Assembly: GCA_963814585.1 (NCBI GenBank)
Contig: CAWFDF010000008.1
Coordinates: forward strand, 576,001 to 640,000
Source: an uncultured delta proteobacterium
Lineage (GTDB): Bacteria > Myxococcota > Myxococcia > Myxococcales > Anaeromyxobacteraceae
Length of the DNA: 64,000 nucleotides
Direction of reading: 5' to 3'
Numbering within the stretch: position 1 is the first letter of the stretch; each line of letters begins with the position of its first letter. A program made the translations under genes and the position numbers. Below the pieces are notes generated by a model. That model did not search any database. It had not been told where the DNA came from and worked only from the letters and a program-made list of their open reading frames with translations. Below, in pieces: positions 51,482 to 59,528 of the stretch.

Positions 51482-53767
51482 CTACCTGATCACGCCGAGG
51501 TGGGCCTCGTCGACCGGCGCCAGCCCGCCGGGCGCATGGCAGATGGAGCACGACTCGATCTCGTCGCCGCTGTACTGGCCGGCCGGCACGTCGTACGGGG
51601 TCGGGTCGAAGGTGTTGGCGGCGATGTGGGCCTGGGTGGCGATGCCGTCGTGGCAGCTCCCGCAGGCCCGGTTGGCGAACTTCCACCTGGCGGCGTCCGT
51701 CATGGCCGCGTTGGTCTCGTCGTGGCACGCGGTGCAGTCGGACGCGTTGGGGGTCGAGGAGCTCCAGCGGACGCCCCGCGGGTACTGCAGCGCGCTGTAG
51801 TCGTGGGTGCCGTTGATGACGAACCCGTTCACCAGGTCCTTCCCCATGTGGATCTTGTGGACCACCCGCTCCAGCACGACCGCGGAGGATCCGAGCTGCG
51901 CCGTGTCGGTCGTGGTGAGGGTCGGCGTGCCGATGCCCGAGAACGGGTCGAAGCTGTTCTGGTTGTGGCAACCGACGCAGTACTCGATGGCGTACCCGGC
52001 GTGCAGCTTGGCGTCGCCGTGGCACTTGTTGCAGGCGTCACGGCTGACGATGTTGCGGGTCGCCGCCACCGCCCCCGCGACGGGCTCCGGGACGAAGTCG
52101 AAGAAGGCGTTGGTCTTGTTGTCGACGTTCCCGGTGGCCACCACCTTGGTGAAGCCCATGGCGACGCGGTGGGTCAGGTTCGGCTCGTAGGCGACCGGGT
52201 AGAGCATGGTCGGCAGCGAGGCCGCCGAGTACTGGTTCATCGCGGCCACGGAGTTGTTGTGGGCGTGGTCGATGGCGCGGATGTCACCGGGGGTCGCCGC
52301 GTTCGCGTTCAGCAGCGCGAAGGTGTAGGTGAACTGGTTGGTGGCCGCGACCGGGGTGAGCGTGCCGCCGTCCGTCAGGGCCTCGTTCCGCCCCTGGATG
52401 ACCGGAGGCCTGGTGGCGTCCTTGGTCCGGACCTTGCTCAGGTAGCTCTGCCAGTGGCTCGGCGCGTCCCCGACGCCCGGCACCAGCTTGGTCAGGGTGA
52501 AGTTGAGGCCGGTGAAGAGGGCCGGGTCGGTCACGGGCACGCCGCCGTCCGTGACGGCGAAGGTGACGGTCACGCGCCCGGTGGTGGGATCGACGGTGAC
52601 GCCGGAGATGGTCGACTCCATGGTGCGCTGGCTGGCGTCGAAGGTGGCGGCCGGCTTGTGGACCACCTCGACGGGCGCGAGACTGCCGGTCGCATGGCAC
52701 ACGCTGCAGCTGGTGTTGTCGGTGGCGGTGTGGAGCTGGCCGGGGAGGCCCTTGATGCCGGTGTAGGCCGACCCGTCGTAGGTGATGGTGGTGTGGCAGG
52801 AGTCGCAGGCGACCATGGTGGGCCGGGTCCGCCAGTGGTCGGCCTGCGCGACGGTGTTGTGGCACTTGGTGCAGGTCAGCATCGTGCCGGGGTACTTCAG
52901 GGTCGGCCAGTTGTCGCCGTGCCCGGCGGGGTGCAGCGCGCCGAGGGTCAGGGCCTTGTTGGTGTGGATCTGGTGCACCATGGTCACCATGTCGGCCTCA
53001 TGGCTGGCGATGGTGGCGTTGTAGTTGGGGCTGTGGCAGACGACGCAGAGCTTGACGTCGTTCCGGCCGTACGAGTGGATGGTCACGCCGTAGCCGTGGC
53101 ACTCCTTGCAGGAGGCGTCGTTCACCACGTCCTTGCCGGAGGCGACCGCCGTGGCCGGTGCGGCCATGGCGAAGTCATAGCCCTTGACCCCGGTGAGGAG
53201 CCCGGCCTTGGCCACCCGGACGAAGCCGCGCTGGACGCCCGATCCGGCCGGCGCGTCGGTGGAGAGCTTGTTGCTGGTGAGCAGGTAGGTCCCGGCGGGC
53301 CCCTCGACCAGCGTGACGTCGTCCACGCCCGCCCAGTACTGCCACTCGTCGGAGCCACCGCTGGATCGCGGAAGCAGGCCGGCCAGGTAGATGTTCGTCG
53401 CGGCGATGGTCAGCCCGGTCACGGGGGCGGCGCCATCGGTCACCTCGAAGCTGGCGGTGACGAAGGAGCTGGCGCTGACGCCGAACGCGAGGTTGTTGAC
53501 CACCAGGGTCTTGATGGCGGGCTGGGCGAGGCCCGCCCCGTTGGTGCCGTTGGTGCCGTTGGTCCCGTTGATACCGTTCGTCCCGTTCGTCCCGTTCGTC
53601 CCGTTGGTGCCGTTGGTGCCGTTCGTGCCGTTGGTGCCGTCGGTGCCGTTGATGCCGTCGGCGCCGGCAGGACCCTGCGGGCCGGTTGAGCCCTCGCAGG
53701 CAGCGAGAGCGAAGAAGAGCGACGCGGCCAGCAGCACCGTGCGACCCTGGAACTGACTCATCCTCAT
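51482..53767 (-). CDS. OmcA/MtrC-family decaheme outer-surface cytochrome lipoprotein
   Basis: AGGAGA SD; lipobox LAAC; 10 CxxCH motifs in 5+5 blocks separated by beta-rich domains; VHQIH/VHKIH and ESCSICH motifs. Confidence 0.93.
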   Translation of the reverse strand: MRMSQFQGRTVLLAASLFFALAACEGSTGPQGPAGADGINGTDGTNGTNGTNGTNGTNGTNGTNGINGTNGTNGTNGAGLAQPAIKTLVVNNLAFGVSASSFVTASFEVTDGAAPVTGLTIAATNIYLAGLLPRSSGGSDEWQYWAGVDDVTLVEGPAGTYLLTSNKLSTDAPAGSGVQRGFVRVAKAGLLTGVKGYDFAMAAPATAVASGKDVVNDASCKECHGYGVTIHSYGRNDVKLCVVCHSPNYNATIASHEADMVTMVHQIHTNKALTLGALHPAGHGDNWPTLKYPGTMLTCTKCHNTVAQADHWRTRPTMVACDSCHTTITYDGSAYTGIKGLPGQLHTATDNTSCSVCHATGSLAPVEVVHKPAATFDASQRTMESTISGVTVDPTTGRVTVTFAVTDGGVPVTDPALFTGLNFTLTKLVPGVGDAPSHWQSYLSKVRTKDATRPPVIQGRNEALTDGGTLTPVAATNQFTYTFALLNANAATPGDIRAIDHAHNNSVAAMNQYSAASLPTMLYPVAYEPNLTHRVAMGFTKVVATGNVDNKTNAFFDFVPEPVAGAVAATRNIVSRDACNKCHGDAKLHAGYAIEYCVGCHNQNSFDPFSGIGTPTLTTTDTAQLGSSAVVLERVVHKIHMGKDLVNGFVINGTHDYSALQYPRGVRWSSSTPNASDCTACHDETNAAMTDAARWKFANRACGSCHDGIATQAHIAANTFDPTPYDVPAGQYSGDEIESCSICHAPGGLAPVDEAHLGVIR
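53540..53692 (-). repeat. 9-bp coding tandem repeat encoding 17 Gly-X-Y triplets (mostly GTN)
   Basis: gttggtgcc/gttcgtccc-type units encode GST GPQ GPA GAD GIN GTD (GTN)7 GIN (GTN)3. Confidence 0.95.
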
Positions 53768-54024
53768 TTGGGACTCTCCTCGATACGTTGAACGGGGTGA
53801 TTGGAGCGCCATGATCTGCAGCACAGTTCGTTCCGAACCCCTTGGAAAAGCGAATCGAACGCCTGTCGAACGAATCGCGCGGGGTGCCTCTCGCAGCCTA
53901 CCCCATGAGGGACGAGCAGGGTTGCTAAATCCACCCAAAGGCTGGGTCGATTCACCCATTGGGCGCACCCGGGCGCGGCCTACGGCATGCGTCGGGCCCG
54001 CCGGAACGTGAGGTAGAGTCGCAC

Positions 54025-54186
54025 ATGCTCCGGCTGGGTTGGCCCTCGATCCTGGTGCTGGTCATGCTGGTGATCCTGCTGGCCCGGCGCCCGGGGCTCC
54101 TCGCCAGCCGCGCCTTCCTGCCGGTGCTGCTGGTCGCGGGGGCGCTCCTGCTGGTGGGCTACCGCCGCCGCCGGCCGCCGCGGTGA
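54025..54186 (+). CDS. Small two-TM membrane protein (53 aa)
   Basis: MLRLGWPSILVLVMLVILLARR...LLLVGYRRRR; TAGAGT 5 nt upstream. Confidence 0.6.
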   Translation: MLRLGWPSILVLVMLVILLARRPGLLASRAFLPVLLVAGALLLVGYRRRRPPR

Positions 54187-54242
54187 GTCCACTCCCGCTG
54201 GCTGTCAGAGGCCCCGCCTAGGCTCCGCTTCGGGGAGCGTGA

Positions 54243-55556
54243 ATGGGCAGCGGGCGCGCAGCGGGTGCGGGGCTGACGGCGGCCCAGCTGATGGACTTCT
54301 GGCTCTGGCTCTGGCTCGGCTTCACCGAGCGCGAGGAGGCGCTGGGCCGGCGGAGCCACGTCCCTGGCGCCAGCGCGGCCGAGGTCGAGCTGAACGCAGA
54401 GCTCGTGGCGCTGGAGTCGGTGTCGTCGCGCCTCTCGGCCGAGCTCCCGCCCCCCCCGCCTGGCTCGCCCGCGGGACTCACCTTCCCGCGGCTGCAGGGC
54501 GGCCTCGCCCCCGCCTCGATGGAGCGGCTGGCGTCGTGGCTGGCCGGCTCCACCGCCCCGGCGGCGACCCGCGTCGGGAGGCGCGCCGCCGAGGTGCTGC
54601 GGAAGGCCCGGGTCGAGCCGCCCCCCTCCCCCTCGCGCGCCGCGGCCGTCGAGCTCTGGACCTGGCTCAGCGGGGCCGAGGCCGATCGGCGGCGCCTCCT
54701 GGCCGGGGCCACCCGGGACCGGTCCGCCGCACGGCAGCTCGGGGACGAGCTGCGGTTCCTGCTCTCCGTCCAGGCAGGCGTGCGGCGCGGGCAGCCCGAC
54801 GTCATCCCCTCCCACCCGCACGAGGCCCGCTGGCTGGGCGCGCGGCAAGCGGTCCCGACCGCCACCGCGGCGGAGCTGGCGCGCGTGCTGAGGCGGGCCC
54901 ATCCCGACATGGCCTCCGGACGCGACGGGGCGCGGCTCGGCCAGCTGGTGGACGCCACCGCCTCACGGCTCGAGGCGCTGGCCGGGCCGCAGGCGCTGGC
55001 CGCCGCGCGGGCGCGAGAGCAGGCGGAGGCTCCCCGCTCGACCGTGCGCGGCAAGATCGCCGCCGGGCTGGCCGCCGCCGGGAGCGAGCCCGAGCGCGCT
55101 GCCGGCCGGTTCCTCGGCAAGCTGGTGGTGGCCGACGCCAGCGGGCTGGGCGCCACGCTGGTGGACGCCGACCTGGGCGAGCGGACCGCCTGGCGGGTGG
55201 TCATCACCCCTGCCGGCTTCGACGAGGCGGCCGAGTTCAGCGCCGCCGGCGCGGTCGGCTACGAGCTCTTCGTGCTGGTCGGCGCCAGCGGCGCGCTCGA
55301 GGCCGTCCACCAGCGCATCGACCGCTCTCCGCACGGCCAGCGCTGGTTCGCGCCGGCGCCGGCGCCCGGGTGGCTCCACCCGCAGGGCCCCACCCTCGAC
55401 GTGGCCTGGGTGGACGTGGCGGCGCCGGCGCGGGCCAGGATGCAGGCCCTGCTGGCGGCGCTCACCAGCGGCCGATCCGTCCCGGCCGCGGAGCGGCAGC
55501 TCCCCGGAGCGGCGCTGGCCCTGGCGGCCCGGCGCGTCCGCCGATCACGCCACTGA
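54243..55556 (+). CDS. Hypothetical protein (437 aa) with internal helical duplication
   Basis: Long ORF with GC3 bias and a GGAG SD; no recognised family. Confidence 0.65.
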   Translation: MGSGRAAGAGLTAAQLMDFWLWLWLGFTEREEALGRRSHVPGASAAEVELNAELVALESVSSRLSAELPPPPPGSPAGLTFPRLQGGLAPASMERLASWLAGSTAPAATRVGRRAAEVLRKARVEPPPSPSRAAAVELWTWLSGAEADRRRLLAGATRDRSAARQLGDELRFLLSVQAGVRRGQPDVIPSHPHEARWLGARQAVPTATAAELARVLRRAHPDMASGRDGARLGQLVDATASRLEALAGPQALAAARAREQAEAPRSTVRGKIAAGLAAAGSEPERAAGRFLGKLVVADASGLGATLVDADLGERTAWRVVITPAGFDEAAEFSAAGAVGYELFVLVGASGALEAVHQRIDRSPHGQRWFAPAPAPGWLHPQGPTLDVAWVDVAAPARARMQALLAALTSGRSVPAAERQLPGAALALAARRVRRSRH

Positions 55557-55604
55557 GCGGCCCCGAGCCGGTGGTATGTTGCCTCCCCTCCGGAGGCGCC
55601 CCAC

Positions 55605-56318
55605 GTGCTCGAGCTCGTCACCCAGCCATCGACCTGGCTCTCGCTGATCACCCTGTCCGCCATGGAGGTGGTGCTGGGGATCGACAACGTCGTCTTCCTC
55701 ACCATCCTCACGGGCCGGCTCCCGGCGGCGCAGCAACCGAGCGCCCGGCGGCTCGGCCTGGCGCTGGCGTTGCTCACCCGGCTCGCCCTGCTCTTCGCCA
55801 TCTCCTGGGTGATGGGGCTGACCGCACCGCTCTTCGCGGTGCTGGGACGCTCCGTCTCCGGACGCGACCTCATCCTGCTCGGCGGCGGGCTCTTCCTCCT
55901 CGCCAAGGCCACCTTCGAGATCCACGACAAGCTGGAGACCGGTGGCCACGCCCCCGCCTCCAGCGGGAAGAGCGCCTACTGGCTGGTGATCGGGCAGGTG
56001 GCCGTGCTCGACCTCGTCTTCTCGCTCGACTCGGTCATCACCGCGGTCGGCATGGCGCAGCACCTCTCGATCATGGTGGTGGCGATGCTGGTGGCCGTCG
56101 GCGTGATGCTGGTCTCCGCCGGGGCGGTGGGCCGGTTCGTCGAGCGCCATCCGACCATGAAGATGCTGGCGCTCTCCTTCCTCATCCTCATCGGCGTGAT
56201 GTTGATGGCCGAGGGGCTCGGGCAGCACATCGACAAGGGGTACATCTACTTCGCCATGGCCTTCTCGCTGGTGGTCGAGCTGCTCAACCTCCGGCTGCGG
56301 AAGCCGGCGAAGGCCTGA
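55605..56318 (+). CDS. TerC family membrane protein
   Basis: MEVVLGIDN, LDLVFSLDSVITAVG and KGYIYFAMAFS. Confidence 0.94.
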   Translation: MLELVTQPSTWLSLITLSAMEVVLGIDNVVFLTILTGRLPAAQQPSARRLGLALALLTRLALLFAISWVMGLTAPLFAVLGRSVSGRDLILLGGGLFLLAKATFEIHDKLETGGHAPASSGKSAYWLVIGQVAVLDLVFSLDSVITAVGMAQHLSIMVVAMLVAVGVMLVSAGAVGRFVERHPTMKMLALSFLILIGVMLMAEGLGQHIDKGYIYFAMAFSLVVELLNLRLRKPAKA

Positions 56319-56596
56319 GAAAAGACCAGCGGTGGGCGCCGGCCGGCATCGCCGACCTGCACCCACCGCCACCCCCCCCACGCTGCTCCAGTCAGCTCGA
56401 GTGCCTCTCGACGGGCCCGCGGCTACCCCCCGGTCGCCGCTCGGCACGGGCTGCCGTGCGTCAAGGCCTTGCCTTGCATCCGCCGTGCTCGGCTGGGATG
56501 CGCCAGGCAGGCGCATCGCCCCTCCCGACGTACCCCGAGTCACGGGACTCGCACCCCGGGTCACGGTACTCCGGGGATCGCCATTCCTCGATTCTC

Positions 56597-56610
56597 TTGA
56601 CTCCGGTCAA
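56597..56610. promoter_or_regulatory. FNR/Crp-type palindrome TTGAC-N4-GTCAA
   Basis: Perfect inverted repeat ttgac-tccg-gtcaa, about 90 bp upstream of the Lgt-like gene, in a locally AT-richer stretch. Confidence 0.55.
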
Positions 56611-56698
56611 GTCTCTCACTCGGACGGGTAGGTCTGGCGAGATGACCCGGGGCGAATGAAACCCGGACAATGGTGCACCTTCGCACTACAACCTGCCC

Positions 56699-57475
56699 GT
56701 GCCCTTCGCGCTCCTTCCCTGGTTCGTGCTGCCCAGCCTCACCCTCGGCCCGGTCACGCTCCAGTCCTTCGGACTGCTCTCGGCGGCCGGCATCCTCGTC
56801 GGCATGCAGGTGGCGGCGGGCGCGGCCCGGCGGGACGGCCTGGACCCGAGGAGCGTCCTCGACTTCTCGGTGGTGGCGGTGGTGGGCGGCATCGTCGGCG
56901 GCCACCTCGTCCACCTGGTCTTCTACCACCCGGAGGAGCTGGCCGACCCGGTGCGCATCCTCAAGGTCTGGGAAGGGCTCTCGTCGATGGGCGGACTGGC
57001 CGGCGCCATCGCGACGGCCGCCATCTGGTTCCGGCGCCACGGCCTCCGCTTCGAGCCGTTTGGCGACGCCTACGCGCTCGGCCTGGCGCCCGGCTGGGGG
57101 ATCGCGCGGCTCGGCTGCTTCTCGGTCCACGACCACCCCGGGATCAGGAGCGACGCCTGGCTGGCGGTGGACTTCCCCGGCGGGCCGCGCCACGACCTCG
57201 GGCTCTACGAGGCCATCCTGCTCTTCGCGCTGGCGACGCTGCTGCTCGGGCTGCGCCGGGGCGGTCGGATGAGGGGGCGGCTCCTGCCCCTCCTGGCGGT
57301 CACCTACGGCGCGGGCAGGTTCCTGCTCGACTTCCTGCGGGCGCGCCCCGGCGACGTCGCCTACGCCGACGGCCGGCAGCTCGGGCTCACCTTCGCCCAG
57401 TGGTTCGCGCTCGGGCTGGTGGCGTGGGGGATCGCCCGGTTGTCGCGGCCAGGGCCGGCCGGGGAGTCGAGATGA
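56699..57475 (+). CDS. Prolipoprotein diacylglyceryl transferase (Lgt)-family protein
   Basis: WEGLSSMGG, GWGIARLGCF, RHDLGLYE and YGAGRFLLDFLR; multi-TM. Confidence 0.85.
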   Translation: MPFALLPWFVLPSLTLGPVTLQSFGLLSAAGILVGMQVAAGAARRDGLDPRSVLDFSVVAVVGGIVGGHLVHLVFYHPEELADPVRILKVWEGLSSMGGLAGAIATAAIWFRRHGLRFEPFGDAYALGLAPGWGIARLGCFSVHDHPGIRSDAWLAVDFPGGPRHDLGLYEAILLFALATLLLGLRRGGRMRGRLLPLLAVTYGAGRFLLDFLRARPGDVAYADGRQLGLTFAQWFALGLVAWGIARLSRPGPAGESR

Positions 57476-58020
57476 CCAGACCGGAGTCACCGAAGGGGAG
57501 CTGGCGGGCGCGGCTCGCGGGGCTGGAGGAGCGGCGCTGGTTCCGCTGGGGCGGGGAGGCGCTGGTGGTGCTCGGCGCCGTGCTGGCGATCGGGCTCATC
57601 CAGACCCGCCACCACCTCGGTGGCGGGGAGCGCCCGGCCGCCACCTTCAGGACGCTCGACGGCGCCACGGTGTCGCTGCAGTCGCTGCGCGGCCAGCCTG
57701 TGGCGCTGGCCTTCTGGGCCCCGTGGTGCCAGGTCTGCGCCGCCCAGTCGGACAACCTGGCGCGCGCGGCGCGCTGGGCCGGCAGCCGGGGCCGCGTCGT
57801 CTCGGTGGCCGCCGCCTTCGGCGACGTGGACGAGGTGCGCGCCTACATGCAGGAGCACGGCGTGTCCTACCCGGTGCTCCTCGGCGACGACGAGACCGTC
57901 CGCGCCTTCCGCGTGGAGGCCTACCCGTCGGTCTACTTCCTCGACGCCGAGGGGCGGGTCAAGCGCTCGGTGGCCGGGTACACCACGACCGGTGGCCTGC
58001 TGGCGCGGCTGATCTTCTAG
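57472..58020 (+). CDS. TlpA/ResA-like membrane-anchored thioredoxin
   Basis: TM anchor, FWAPWCQVC and AYPSVYFLD; ATGA overlap with the Lgt-like gene. Confidence 0.88.
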   Translation: MTRPESPKGSWRARLAGLEERRWFRWGGEALVVLGAVLAIGLIQTRHHLGGGERPAATFRTLDGATVSLQSLRGQPVALAFWAPWCQVCAAQSDNLARAARWAGSRGRVVSVAAAFGDVDEVRAYMQEHGVSYPVLLGDDETVRAFRVEAYPSVYFLDAEGRVKRSVAGYTTTGGLLARLIF

Positions 58021-58128
58021 GCGCCGCTCGACGAGCCGATCACCGTCGAGTTGACGCCCGGAAGGAGCGGCCGGCCCCGCCACGCCCGTGGCATGGACAT
58101 GCGCCCGGGCGTCATCGTCGTCGAGTGA

Positions 58129-59523
58129 TCATCGCGCCTTGAAGTCGTCCGAGCGGATCCCGTGGCGCTTGAGCAGCCGGTGCAGGCTCTCGCGGGCCAT
58201 GCCGGCGCGCTCGGCGGCCCTGGTGACGTTCCCGTCCAGGTCGCGGAGGAGCGCCACCAGGTAGTCCCGGGTGACGCGATCCCGCGCCAGGTCGATCGCC
58301 TCGCGATAGGGCATCCTGGCCAGCTGGTCGGCCGGGATGGCCCCCTCCTGCGTGCCGCGCACGTCGGCAGGCAGGTCGCGGGGCTGGATGGCGGGTCCCT
58401 GGGCCACGGCCACCGCGCGCTCGATGGCGTTCTCCAGCTCGCGGACGTTGCCGGGCCAGGGGTAGCCGGTGAGCGCCCGGAGCGCCTCCGGCTCGAACGC
58501 GCCGAGCGGCCGTCCCAGGACCCGGGCGTGCTTCTCCAGGAAGTGGCTGGCCAGCGGCGGGATGTCCTCCCGACGCTCGCGCAGCGGCGGCAGGACGACC
58601 GGGAAGACGTTGAGCCGGTAGAAGAGATCCTCGCGGAAGCGCCCGGCCTGCACCTCGGCCTTGAGCTCGCGGTGGGTGGCGGCGATGACGCGGACGTTCA
58701 CCTTGGTGGCTGCGGTGTCGCCGACCCGCCGCGCCTCCTTCTCCTGGAGGACCCGGTTCAGCTTCACCTGGACCGGCAGCGGCAGCTCCCCGATCTCGTC
58801 GAGGAAGATGGTCCCGCCCTCCGCCTCCTCGAAGAGCCCGCGCTTCATGCCGGCGGCGCCGGTGAAGGCTCCCCGGGCGTGGCCGAAGAGCTCGCTCTCC
58901 ACCAGCTCCGCCGGCAGGGCCCCGCAGTTCACCGGGACGAAGCGGCGCTCCTTGCGGGCGCTGTGGTAGTGGACGGCCCGCGCCGCCAGCTCCTTGCCGG
59001 TGCCGGTCTCGCCCTCGAGGAGGACGGTGATGTCGAGCCTGCTGGCCTGCTCGAGCAGCGTGTAGACGTCGCGCATCCTGGCGCTCTTGCCGACCAGGTT
59101 GTGGAAGGCGTAGGCGCCCTCCGCCTCCCGCCGCAGGGTGGCCGCCTGCTCCTTGAGCCGCTTCCGCTCCAGGGCGCGGGCCACCACCAGGCTGGCGTCG
59201 TCCGGATCGAAGGGCTTCTGCAGGTAGTCGTAGGCCCCCTGCTTCATGGCCTCGACCGCGTCGCCGACCGTGGCGTAGGCCGTCATCATGATCACCTCGG
59301 TCTCGGGCGATCGGGCCTTCACGGCGCGCAGCACCTCGAACCCGTCGGCCCCCGGCATCCGCAGGTCCGTCACCACCACGTCGAAGGGCTGCGAGGCCAC
59401 CAGGGAGATGGCCCGGCCGCCGTCGGCCGCGGTGGTGAGCTGGTAGCCGTCCCCGAGGATGCGCGCGAACAGCTTGACGATGTTCTCCTTGTCGTCGACC
59501 ACCAGGATGCGGGCCCGTTCCAT
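58129..59523 (-). CDS. Sigma54-dependent response regulator (NtrC family)
   Basis: Receiver (VVDD, TDLRMP), GETGTGKE, ESELFGH, GAFTGA, FLDEIGE, DLFYRLNV, WPGNVRELEN and a Fis HTH. Confidence 0.96.
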   Translation of the reverse strand: MERARILVVDDKENIVKLFARILGDGYQLTTAADGGRAISLVASQPFDVVVTDLRMPGADGFEVLRAVKARSPETEVIMMTAYATVGDAVEAMKQGAYDYLQKPFDPDDASLVVARALERKRLKEQAATLRREAEGAYAFHNLVGKSARMRDVYTLLEQASRLDITVLLEGETGTGKELAARAVHYHSARKERRFVPVNCGALPAELVESELFGHARGAFTGAAGMKRGLFEEAEGGTIFLDEIGELPLPVQVKLNRVLQEKEARRVGDTAATKVNVRVIAATHRELKAEVQAGRFREDLFYRLNVFPVVLPPLRERREDIPPLASHFLEKHARVLGRPLGAFEPEALRALTGYPWPGNVRELENAIERAVAVAQGPAIQPRDLPADVRGTQEGAIPADQLARMPYREAIDLARDRVTRDYLVALLRDLDGNVTRAAERAGMARESLHRLLKRHGIRSDDFKAR

Positions 59524-59528
59524 TCGAG

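Noticed and set aside
53540..53692. Tandem repeats as a possible CRISPR array (also 62909-63260)
   Set aside because: These are in-frame coding repeats with no unique spacers of regular length, and there are no cas genes.
53770..53960. c-di-GMP/cGAMP (GEMM-I) riboswitch upstream of the multiheme cytochrome
   Set aside because: The GAAA tetraloop/receptor and GCAAA core could not be found on the coding strand. An Infernal scan would be decisive.
55557..55604. yybP-ykoY riboswitch upstream of terC
   Set aside because: Only 48 bp of intergenic space, which is too short.
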